Shown here piece by piece: positions 33,116-39,954 of a stretch of DNA of 40,915 nt. Under the pieces are notes generated by a model. The model was not told the DNA's origin. It searched no databases and worked only from the letters and a program-made list of their open reading frames with translations. The translations under genes were made by a program, and so were the position numbers. The stretch is taken from the IMG/VR virus record IMGVR_UViG_3300045988_069369; one strand, written 5' to 3'. This stretch comes from a virus. The number at the start of each line of letters is the position of its first letter. Position 1 is the stretch's first letter.

Positions 33116-33438
33116 ATTTTCCAACCTTTCCAGTATTCAGTGAGGTCAACTGATGTGATAGCTGTTACCGTTCTCTGCGATGTTAAAATCTGTTTCTTAT
33201 ATGGCATTAGACCTACGTTGCGTTCCATGTCATTCTTTGGTAAATAATAGCCACCTCGCCTCATTCTACGACTTGCGATAATTGGTTGTTTGAATTCGCA
33301 TCTCAAGCGCTCTACAGCTTCTTTAACGCCTCGCTCGCTGATGTCAAATTCAGCTTTCAGTAATCTCAGCATTACTGGTCGCTCAAAACTGCCGTGATTT
33401 TTGATGTAATTCAAAATGTTGATTTCTAGTTCGTTCAT
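33112..33438 (-). CDS. Hypothetical protein (108 aa), possible winged-helix
   Basis: Track ORF. Confidence 0.55.
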   Translation of the reverse strand: MNELEINILNYIKNHGSFERPVMLRLLKAEFDISERGVKEAVERLRCEFKQPIIASRRMRRGGYYLPKNDMERNVGLMPYKKQILTSQRTVTAITSVDLTEYWKGWKI

Positions 33439-33454
33439 GTTTTCACCTTTTGCG

Positions 33455-33781
33455 TTAATGCTTTTGGTTATTATATGTTTTTTTGAAATTCAATTCTGTT
33501 GCTTCTTTTGGATTCATGTTTAAATAATCAGCAACTTTATTTACATGTTTGTGCGGGACATTCCCTGTGCGTTTCCATTGATAATAGCCTTGCTTCGTTA
33601 TACCAAATTTTGAAGAAAATTCGTCTAAAGTTTCAAAATTCGATATTCGTTTTCTTTCTAGCAGGTCGAATAGGTTATCGTCTTCACCAATTTTTGTTAT
33701 TTCTTCCAATAAATCATGTACTTCGAAGAAAGTTTCTTTGTCTAATTGATGAGCTAATTTCCATAAAAATTCTAATTCCAT
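33455..33781 (-). CDS. HTH-containing hypothetical protein
   Basis: Track ORF. FSSKFGITKQGYYQWKRTGNVP is HTH-like. Confidence 0.55.
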   Translation of the reverse strand: MELEFLWKLAHQLDKETFFEVHDLLEEITKIGEDDNLFDLLERKRISNFETLDEFSSKFGITKQGYYQWKRTGNVPHKHVNKVADYLNMNPKEATELNFKKTYNNQKH

Positions 33782-34569
33782 AAATTCGTCCTTTCGTCTG
33801 TTTGGTTTTTAAATTGATAAACGTGTTCCTTGCCTACACCTTTGAAAATCCGTGAAAAGATACGTTTCCCATATCGTCTTTGAATTTCTGGCGGTGTCAA
33901 GTTTGTTGTGATAATTGTATTCGTTCGCTTGTTTAAAATGCTGTAAATTAAGTTTGATGACCATTCTGACGTTTTTTCTGTCCCAAGGTCGTCTAGGACT
34001 AAATATTCAATTTTGTCATTTTTATCTTTTCCAGAAAGTAGGTTAGTGTAATATGCTTCGAGTGAAAAGTCTTCTTTCACCTTTGCAATCAAGTCAACAA
34101 CGTTGATAACTGTAGCCAATTTTTTGTTGTAATCACTAATCGCTTTAATGGTACTATAAGCTAAATGGCTTTTGCCAACGCCGCAGTCGCCAATCAAAAT
34201 AATATTGTTTTTAGCGCCTTTAATATACTCACGCGCTTCTTTCTTAATAAAATCTAAATCGGCTTGTCTTTCAGCTGTGTCAACTTTAAAATTATCAAAC
34301 GTTGCATTTTTGAGCTCGCTGTCCATTAGACTGAATTCTTCAAGATAGTAAAGGCGTTTTATTTCTTCGTTTCTTTTAAAACTTTCTTGAGCCTTTTGTT
34401 CTTCAAATTCAAGACGCTCTTCTTTGTTGCATTGTGGACAAATCACATCTCCGGTCTTTGCAATTTTAACCTTTTGGCATTGATGCTTATCACACCATTC
34501 TTTCGATTGCTCCATCTTTGCTTCTGGAAATGGCATCAAAGTATTTCGTGTGTTTGTAAATTCATTCAT
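33772..34569 (-). CDS. DnaC/IstB-like AAA+ helicase loader with an N-terminal zinc finger
   Basis: Track ORF. It has Walker A GDCGVGKSHLA, Walker B LVLDDLG, and CDKHQC...CPQC. Confidence 0.8.
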   Translation of the reverse strand: MNEFTNTRNTLMPFPEAKMEQSKEWCDKHQCQKVKIAKTGDVICPQCNKEERLEFEEQKAQESFKRNEEIKRLYYLEEFSLMDSELKNATFDNFKVDTAERQADLDFIKKEAREYIKGAKNNIILIGDCGVGKSHLAYSTIKAISDYNKKLATVINVVDLIAKVKEDFSLEAYYTNLLSGKDKNDKIEYLVLDDLGTEKTSEWSSNLIYSILNKRTNTIITTNLTPPEIQRRYGKRIFSRIFKGVGKEHVYQFKNQTDERTNLWN

Positions 34570-34572
34570 AAA

Positions 34573-35349
34573 CTAATACCCCGACCCCTGAACACCAAAA
34601 CCAACAAAATCATTATCAGGCTTACTCTTGCTGTGCTTACTTTGTTTTTCTTTTGCTTGTTCCAAAGTGGTTACACCTTCATTTCGCCATGAAGTAAATA
34701 TTCTGTCAATATATGATGGATAGTTAGCTTCGTTAGCCATAGCTAGTTTTAAAGCGTACTGGTAAAGTTCTGTTCCAAATTCATCAATATCCGCAAGGAT
34801 GTCCTGTTGAGTAAATGAGTTCTTTCGTTGCTTCGGAAAAGCTTCAAAAAACATATCGTAAGATTTGCGAATTTCATCAACCTCCCCTTGTTGTTGATTA
34901 CTTAGTCTTGATATATTAGTATTGATATTATTAGTATTGATTGCGTGTACTTTGTTCACTTCCAGAAGTGTACTTTGTTCACTTCCAGTGTGTACTTTGT
35001 TCACTTCCAGAAGTGTACTTTTTTCACGTCCGTTAATATACAACCTGTTTGGCTTGTTTCTTCCTTGTCTTACTTCTTCCAGCAATCCAACCTCGACTAG
35101 CTCTTTCTTGGCTTTTAGAACAGCTTTATTTGAGCAATTAAGCTCTTGCATGAATTGGTCAATTGTAAAATACATGTAGATCTGACCGTTATCGTCATAC
35201 CATTTATTTTTAATCGAGAGTGTTCTTCGGTCAAAAAGCAGCATGTAAGCAAGCTTCGCTTTATCACCCAAATTCTTATATGGCTCTTCTTTCAAAAGCC
35301 ATTGCGGAAATTGGTAGAAAGCATTATTTTTAACCTCGTTAATATGCAT
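34573..35349 (-). CDS. Replication initiator / replisome organizer (RepA_N-like N-terminus, DnaD-like C-terminus)
   Basis: Track ORF. FYQFPQWLL...LAYMLLFDR is RepA_N-like, and the C-terminal ...YIDRIFTSWRNEGVTTLEQAKE is DnaD-like. The iterons lie inside the linker. Confidence 0.75.
   Translation of the reverse strand: MHINEVKNNAFYQFPQWLLKEEPYKNLGDKAKLAYMLLFDRRTLSIKNKWYDDNGQIYMYFTIDQFMQELNCSNKAVLKAKKELVEVGLLEEVRQGRNKPNRLYINGREKSTLLEVNKVHTGSEQSTLLEVNKVHAINTNNINTNISRLSNQQQGEVDEIRKSYDMFFEAFPKQRKNSFTQQDILADIDEFGTELYQYALKLAMANEANYPSYIDRIFTSWRNEGVTTLEQAKEKQSKHSKSKPDNDFVGFGVQGSGY
34945..35034. repeat. Iteron array (about 3.9 tandem copies of a 22-23-bp unit) inside the initiator gene: putative origin of replication
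   Basis: On the plus strand, gtgtactttgttcacttccag(aa) occurs at 34945, 34968 and 34990, with a degenerate copy gtgtacttttttcacgtccgtt at 35013. It is translated as STLLEVNKVH repeats. Confidence 0.75.
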
Positions 35350-35385
35350 TAATCTTATCCCCTATTTTTCATCAAAATGATTGCG

Positions 35386-35520
35386 TTAATCATACGCTTT
35401 CGCTTTCCATGTTTGACAAATATCTTCGCTTTCGCATTCTGGGCATTCAAGCGGTGGATAGCTATCAATGATTTCCCAACGCTCGCCACAATCTAAGCAG
35501 CTGTATTCGTATACGTACAT
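35386..35520 (-). CDS. Small zinc-ribbon protein (44 aa, FmdB-like), below the track cut-off
   Basis: Own translation: MYVYEYSCLDCGERWEIIDSYPPLECPECESEDICQTWKAKAYD. GAGAGG lies upstream. Confidence 0.55.
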   Translation of the reverse strand: MYVYEYSCLDCGERWEIIDSYPPLECPECESEDICQTWKAKAYD

Positions 35521-35534
35521 GTTATTAACCTCTC

Positions 35535-35717
35535 TTAGATTGCATCATCTGGCAAACCGTGCATGCGATTGTATGCAATTTGTTTTTCTTCCCAAGGTAA
35601 ACGTTTTGAATACACGCGCTTTGTTTCTTCTTTCTTTCTCGCTCTCTTGCCTACAAATGGCAATATAAGCACATACATGATTGCTATTAAACTAAAATAA
35701 ATAATAAATGAATCCAT
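35535..35717 (-). CDS. Small membrane protein (60 aa)
   Basis: Track ORF. N-terminal TM FIIYFSLIAIMYVLILPFV, then a basic stretch. Confidence 0.5.
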   Translation of the reverse strand: MDSFIIYFSLIAIMYVLILPFVGKRARKKEETKRVYSKRLPWEEKQIAYNRMHGLPDDAI

Positions 35718-36022
35718 TTTTTTCCTTCTTTCTAGTCTTACCGAAAGCTACCTTTCGTGTTATAATGTAATTATGTTTTTTGGTAAGCGCATTGTTTCTG
35801 CAATGGGCTTTTTTTGTGCCATCAATTAGCAGTTAAAGCCCTAACAAGGTTGTCAATTATTGTAGCTTTATGAAAAATCATTGTTTAGAGTTGGTTAATA
35901 ACTGCGTTTTTATCTATTTTAAAGGAGGTTATCTCCTTGTTAGAGCCATAGCTGCTAATCGATGACGTGTTACCGGCTCAGCTGGAAGTGCTAATTTTAA
36001 TTAAAGTTAACGTGCTAATGAA

Positions 36023-36226
36023 TTAAATTCCTAGCAAATCAAAAGTTGAAACGTGATAAGTTGAGCACAATTTAATCAAATTGCTAGTTGAGATTGTGTA
36101 TATGTTCTTTTCCCACAAAGCAACAGTTTGAGTGCTTACGCCTAGAGATTCGCCAAATTCTTTTTGAGTTAGTCCTTCTCTTGCTCGAATTACTCGAATT
36201 GATGTGTTTGGTCTTAGAATTTCCAT
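36023..36226 (-). CDS. Cro/XRE-type HTH regulator
   Basis: Track ORF. REGLTQKEFGESLGVSTQTVALWEKN is a classic XRE HTH. Confidence 0.8.
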   Translation of the reverse strand: MEILRPNTSIRVIRAREGLTQKEFGESLGVSTQTVALWEKNIYTISTSNLIKLCSTYHVSTFDLLGI

Positions 36227-36258
36227 TTGTTGACCCCCTTCCTTAACTTTGTGACTTT

Positions 36259-36287
36259 ATTATAACCCAAAATAAAGTCGATGTCAA
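36259..36287 (-). promoter_or_regulatory. Consensus promoter TTGACA-N17-TATAAT for the cro-like gene
   Basis: The minus strand reads TTGACAtcgactttattttgggtTATAAT. T-tracts are phased upstream at 36290-36360. Confidence 0.8.
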
Positions 36288-36375
36288 TAGTTTTTTGTAG
36301 TTTTTTTAAAGTTTTTTTATTTTTTTAAAAACATTTTTTTACTTTTAATCAATCAAACCTGTTGAAAGTGTTTGG

Positions 36376-37107
36376 TTAATTGTCTTTGTTATTTTCGTTC
36401 AGTAGCTTATTGGCGAAATATAATTGACCTTTGCCAGTGATTTTAGGTGTTTTATTAATACTGATGTGACCATCTGAATGGTTGATAGCCGTTTCTTTGA
36501 TTTCAAATAATCCAAGCTCCATTGATTTTTGTGTCGGCATATTTCTATTGCTACCTTGGCGATTGATTAGATAGCCATTTTCTCGCAACCATGCAAACAT
36601 TCGATTTTGACCTAAGTTGATGCCGTTTTGGCGCATAAGCTTAGCAAATTCACCAACTAAAATAGACGTCCGACTTGCGCTGACTGCGTTAGCGAAGATG
36701 ACTTTAGGTCTTTGTTCTTCGATTGTTGCCTCCAGCTTAATAATTTTACGGTCGGCAATTTTAAGAGCTCGAGCCATGATTTTCTCAGGACTATTAAAAT
36801 CTTTTTCGACTTGAATGAAGTATTGACGAACCTCTTTGCCTTTGTCGGTTTTAGTCATCATTGCAATATGCTTAGCCATATCGATAGATAGTGTATAATC
36901 ATCTAAATATTGAATGCGCCCGTTTCCGTTTTTTATGGGTGTACTTTCGGGTACATCCATAAAATCATAACCCTCGATAAACATATCTAGATATTGTCCG
37001 AGCCACGCACTAAAGCGTTTCTTAACTCCCAAGGCTTGATGAAGTTGACGACCTGAAATGACAGGCTCTTGGTTCTCGTTTAAAGTTACGTTAATTAATT
37101 CGTTCAT
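36376..37107 (-). CDS. Phage antirepressor (N-terminal Bro-N/AntA-like plus C-terminal KilAC/ANT domain)
   Basis: Track ORF. ...ISGRQLHQALGV... is at the N-terminus, and ...ILVGEFAKLMRQNGINLGQNRMFAWLRENGYL... at the C-terminus. Confidence 0.75.
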   Translation of the reverse strand: MNELINVTLNENQEPVISGRQLHQALGVKKRFSAWLGQYLDMFIEGYDFMDVPESTPIKNGNGRIQYLDDYTLSIDMAKHIAMMTKTDKGKEVRQYFIQVEKDFNSPEKIMARALKIADRKIIKLEATIEEQRPKVIFANAVSASRTSILVGEFAKLMRQNGINLGQNRMFAWLRENGYLINRQGSNRNMPTQKSMELGLFEIKETAINHSDGHISINKTPKITGKGQLYFANKLLNENNKDN

Positions 37108-37120
37108 GTGTTATCCTTTT

Positions 37121-37360
37121 CTAATTATGTTCAATGTCTTGAATGCAATGTTTAAAAAAATATGAATTAATTTCATTATTTGGAATATGCAACAGTTCGC
37201 AAGCTTTTGAAATTTCTTGCTGTTGCCAACTACGTTTGTTGTTGGTTTTGGAAGATATCGATTTTTCAGATAAGTTCATGTTTTCTGCGAACTTTTTCTT
37301 TGTGCCAAAAACCTCAACGATTTTACCGTTCAATTTAGAATAATCATATTTGTAAACCAA
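37121..37360 (-). CDS. DUF739-like small HTH regulator (start moved to the TTG at 37360 behind AAGGGGTG)
   Basis: Track ORF 37121..37387. The sequence (M)VYKYDYSKLNGKIVEVFGTKKKFAENMNLSEKSIS...YFF resembles the DUF739 family. Confidence 0.6.
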   Translation of the reverse strand: MVYKYDYSKLNGKIVEVFGTKKKFAENMNLSEKSISSKTNNKRSWQQQEISKACELLHIPNNEINSYFFKHCIQDIEHN

Positions 37361-37408
37361 ATGGTCACCCCTTTTCTTTTTGTTCAACTTATTGAACTTT
37401 ATGTTTTT

Positions 37409-37437
37409 ATTATACAGTGCAAGAAAGATAATGTCAA
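37409..37437 (-). promoter_or_regulatory. Consensus promoter TTGACA-N17-TATAAT
   Basis: The minus strand reads TTGACAttatctttcttgcactgTATAAT. Confidence 0.8.
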
Positions 37438-37543
37438 GTATTTTTGTTCAATTTTTTGGACTTTTTTTACTTTTATATTGAACTTTTTTTGAACATGCAC
37501 TATAAAATGGAACTTTTTTAAAGTTTTTGGACACGTTTTGGCC

Positions 37544-37570
37544 ATAAAAAAACACCCGAATAATCGGGTG
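37544..37570 (-). terminator. Intrinsic terminator (second of a tandem pair)
   Basis: The minus strand reads CACCCGA-TTAT-TCGGGTG followed by TTTTTTTAT. Confidence 0.8.
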
Positions 37571-37588
37571 TTGCTGTAGGATAGATAA

Positions 37589-37614
37589 GATAAAAAAGTA
37601 CCTCGTGAGGCACT
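37589..37614 (-). terminator. Intrinsic terminator (first of a tandem pair) after 37638..37925
   Basis: The minus strand reads AGTGCCT-CACG-AGGTACT followed by TTTTTATC. Confidence 0.65.
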
Positions 37615-37637
37615 TTTATTATAACATATATTTTTGG

Positions 37638-37925
37638 TTATTTTGCAGTTACTTTCAATTGTTTTTGAATGTAATCAAGAATTGATTGAAAATCTTTTGT
37701 GATTTTAGCTTCTGTGCCATACAATCCTTTTTGAACAGAAACACGAAATTTGTATTCGTGTTCTGAGACTTTCAATCGTTTATATTCGGATGCCTCTGTA
37801 GAAAATGCGTCGTAATAAGTAAGTTTATTAAATTTATTTTTAAAATCCTCTACAGTGTTAAAATGCCTGATAAGATTTGCATATTGACTTTTGCTAACGA
37901 TGACTTTTCCTGTTTCGTTTTTCAT
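37638..37925 (-). CDS. Hypothetical early protein (95 aa)
   Basis: Track ORF with its own consensus promoter and terminators. Confidence 0.6.
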   Translation of the reverse strand: MKNETGKVIVSKSQYANLIRHFNTVEDFKNKFNKLTYYDAFSTEASEYKRLKVSEHEYKFRVSVQKGLYGTEAKITKDFQSILDYIQKQLKVTAK

Positions 37926-37964
37926 TTTGAATACCTCTTTTGTCTTTCTTTATCTTATGAATTA

Positions 37965-37993
37965 ATTATAATATATATATTATAATATGTCAA
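37965..37993 (-). promoter_or_regulatory. Consensus promoter TTGACA-N17-TATAAT
   Basis: The minus strand reads TTGACAtattataatatatatatTATAAT. Confidence 0.8.
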
Positions 37994-38123
37994 GAGTTTT
38001 TTACAAAGATTTTTTGCTTAACGTCCTCTGTTGGCTTTATTTTGGCTATTCCAATACCGATTGGAATAAGAATAGCCATGATAAGCAACTGCGCCTAAAT
38101 GGGCAAATTAATTTCTTGATAAA

Positions 38124-38465
38124 TCATTCTGTTAGCTCCTCGAATATAGGTTGTAGTCTTTCAGCCAATTCTTTATATTTTGCGTTTTTTCTTTCAAGAA
38201 TTTTCTTGCATTTACTCAAACTTCCTACGCCATAACTAGCACCACGCATAAGTAGCGAATGTGTTTTGTCGTCTTTGATTTTAATAGCTTTTAAAGTGTT
38301 CGGGTTAATTAAGAATTTTTCGCATGGTAAATTTTCAGCAAGTGCCAAGTAATCTTCGTGTTGCTTTAATTTTCCAACATTCCAAACAAAATAGCCAGCT
38401 GGAATTTTTTCAACTATTTCAAATTTGTAAGTGTTAAACGAAGTTTTTTCTGTAATGTATTTCAT
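38124..38465 (-). CDS. Hypothetical early protein (113 aa)
   Basis: Track ORF. Confidence 0.6.
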   Translation of the reverse strand: MKYITEKTSFNTYKFEIVEKIPAGYFVWNVGKLKQHEDYLALAENLPCEKFLINPNTLKAIKIKDDKTHSLLMRGASYGVGSLSKCKKILERKNAKYKELAERLQPIFEELTE

Positions 38466-38479
38466 GTTAGTACCTCTTT

Positions 38480-38716
38480 CTAGTCGTTAAATAATTCAGT
38501 AATGTCAGAGTAGTTTAATCCTTGTAATCCTTTCATCCTACTGTTAAATTCTCGCATGTCGTTATAATATTCAATAACTCTGTCATTATCTAAATAAGCG
38601 ATGTTGTCAGAAACCTCATAAATTCGTGATTCGGTCATCATAATATCAAGAGCCTGTTCAGCTGTAAGAAAAGCGTATGTTTTTGTATCGCGGTTAACAA
38701 ATAGTATTTTTTTCAT
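38480..38716 (-). CDS. Hypothetical early protein (78 aa)
   Basis: Track ORF with AAAGAGGT upstream. Confidence 0.6.
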   Translation of the reverse strand: MKKILFVNRDTKTYAFLTAEQALDIMMTESRIYEVSDNIAYLDNDRVIEYYNDMREFNSRMKGLQGLNYSDITELFND

Positions 38717-38894
38717 GTTTTTACCTCTTTCTTTTTGAGGTACTAAAAAAGTACCTATTAGCTGTTTACTATCTAGATACTTTTTGATATACTATTGATA
38801 TATCTTATTTAGATAGTAATGTTTACTTTAGGTGTTCATTCAAACTTTGGTCGGGGAGAATGAATACCTTTTTTTATTTTTTATTTATGATTAT

Positions 38895-38923
38895 ATTATA
38901 GTATATATAATACATATTGTCAA
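38895..38923 (-). promoter_or_regulatory. Consensus promoter TTGACA-N17-TATAAT
   Basis: The minus strand reads TTGACAatatgtattatatatacTATAAT. The -35 overlaps the stop of 38920..39111. Confidence 0.8.
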
Positions 38924-39111
38924 GAGTTTTTTGAAAATTTTTTTAAATTTTCTTGAATAAGTTTTTGTAATTCAAGTAAATCTTCTTTTGTGGCATTATT
39001 GCGAATAAAACCACGAGACGTTGACCTTTTGGTCAGATAATTTCTGTGTTCTCTGTTTCTTTCATTCCATTTTTTGTTAGCTCGTTGTTGAGCTGTTAAT
39101 TCTTCTGTCAT
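38920..39111 (-). CDS. Hypothetical basic early protein (63 aa), first gene after the non-coding region
   Basis: Track ORF with AAAGGAGAA upstream of the ATG. Confidence 0.6.
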   Translation of the reverse strand: MTEELTAQQRANKKWNERNREHRNYLTKRSTSRGFIRNNATKEDLLELQKLIQENLKKFSKNS

Positions 39112-39147
39112 TTGTTCTCCTTTTGTATTTATTTATTTTATAAATTA

Positions 39148-39176
39148 ATTATAATATATATATCATAATATGTCAA
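39148..39176 (-). promoter_or_regulatory. Consensus promoter TTGACA-N17-TATAAT (first early promoter)
   Basis: The minus strand reads TTGACAtattatgatatatatatTATAAT. Confidence 0.8.
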
Positions 39177-39254
39177 GAACTTTTTTACAAAATTTGATAT
39201 TTTTTTAATTTCTAGTTTGTTGAATCGGACTTTTTGATTTGGTGGCCATAATAA

Positions 39255-39286
39255 CAACAAAAAAAGAGCTAACAAAATGTTAGCCC
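39255..39286 (-). terminator. Intrinsic terminator closing the large non-coding unit
   Basis: The minus strand reads GGGCTAAC-ATTTT-GTTAGCTC followed by TTTTTTTGTTG. The core is nearly identical to the terminator at 22692-22722. Confidence 0.8.
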
Positions 39287-39316
39287 CTCATCACATATCC
39301 CCTCGGGGGTATGGAT

Positions 39317-39346
39317 TTATCACAAATTTAAAACAACTAACTAAAT
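39317..39346 (-). repeat. 3' arm of the 30-bp closing helix
   Basis: Minus-strand RNA AUUUAGUUAGUUGUUUUAAAUUUGUGAUAA pairs with the 5' arm through 27 Watson-Crick and 3 G-U pairs. Confidence 0.85.
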
Positions 39347-39862
39347 GAGCCTTCGCTCTGCTTCAAATATATGCAACTTATTAGCTGATAGTCGTCTTAG
39401 GTCTGAGCTACGAGGAGCTACCTCATAACTTCCTAAGAGGTTCAATGACTAGACAGGACTGGTTACCTTCAACGTTCACCCAACATTCAGAAACGTAAAT
39501 ATGTGACAATATCTCCAATTTATCACTTGCGCTTTTGGGCTACTTGTACAATTTTTTGGTGTAAGCAACGAGCTTTTAACTCGTCAATGCGCACAATGGC
39601 TTATTTTGACAACTTCCTACTTGCTTCAAGTGGTCAAGTTTGGGCTTGCAGGATTATTTCTCACAGAGACGTCTATTATCGCCACCACCGTTTAAACTTA
39701 GCCTAGTTACACATATCCTCCACGTCACACGCACTCTTGCTATTCTTTCACTTCGCAACAATCAAAGATTGATTACTTATCTAACGACAGTATCCCACCG
39801 TTAGCGTAACGAGCTATTAAGCGTATAACTTTAGCATGCTGTCAAACAATCTTCACTAAATT

Positions 39863-39892
39863 ATTTAGTTAGCTGTTTTAAACTTGCGATAA
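39863..39892 (-). repeat. 5' arm of the 30-bp closing helix
   Basis: Minus-strand RNA UUAUCGCAAGUUUAAAACAGCUAACUAAAU. The arms differ at 3 positions, each a G in this arm opposite a U in the other. Confidence 0.85.
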
Positions 39893-39896
39893 CAAT

Positions 39897-39905
39897 ATTA
39901 TAGCA
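39897..39905 (-). promoter_or_regulatory. Extended -10 promoter (TGcTATAAT) for the large non-coding unit
   Basis: The minus strand reads atgTGcTATAATattgttATCGC. The -35 region (TTGTTT) is weak. Confidence 0.6.
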
Positions 39906-39922
39906 CATATTAACTTTTTAAA

Positions 39923-39950
39923 CAATAAAAAAGACTAACTAACGCTAGTC
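39923..39950 (-). terminator. Intrinsic terminator (second of two after the upstream small unit)
   Basis: The minus strand reads GACTAGC-GTTA-GTTAGTC followed by TTTTTTATTG. Confidence 0.65.
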
Positions 39951-39954
39951 CTGC

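Larger units (their letters stand above)
39255..39890 (-). ncRNA. Candidate large structured non-coding RNA (about 635 nt, promoter to terminator, closed by a 30-bp 5'/3' helix)
   Basis: No ORF of 60 aa or more lies on the minus strand. An extended -10 promoter ends 5 nt before the helix. The helix pairs 39892-39863 with 39346-39317, and a terminator sits at 39286-39255. Many local hairpins are present inside. Confidence 0.6.

Noticed and set aside
34945-35034. CRISPR-like array
   Set aside because: The repeats are contiguous, with no spacers, and number only about four copies. They lie in frame within the initiator gene and no cas genes are present. This is iteron architecture.
39503-39706. 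Plus-strand 67-aa ORF inside the non-coding region. The 61-aa plus-strand ORF at 40069..40254 is a similar case.
   Set aside because: Neither has a Shine-Dalgarno or a plausible promoter, and every real gene is on the other strand. The products are low-complexity and Cys/Trp/Arg-rich. The second ORF runs through the endolysin terminator into the antisense of the endolysin 3' end. I treat both as chance ORFs.
39317-39892. MITE or defective IS element bounded by 30-bp terminal inverted repeats
   Set aside because: This is a serious alternative, but I disfavour it for four reasons. I see no target-site duplication next to the arms (flanks ...tatggat / caatatt...). A promoter is positioned so that transcription starts at the first bases of one arm. 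A terminator follows the other arm. All three arm differences are G-U-compatible only on that transcribed strand. It is not fully excluded without a database search.
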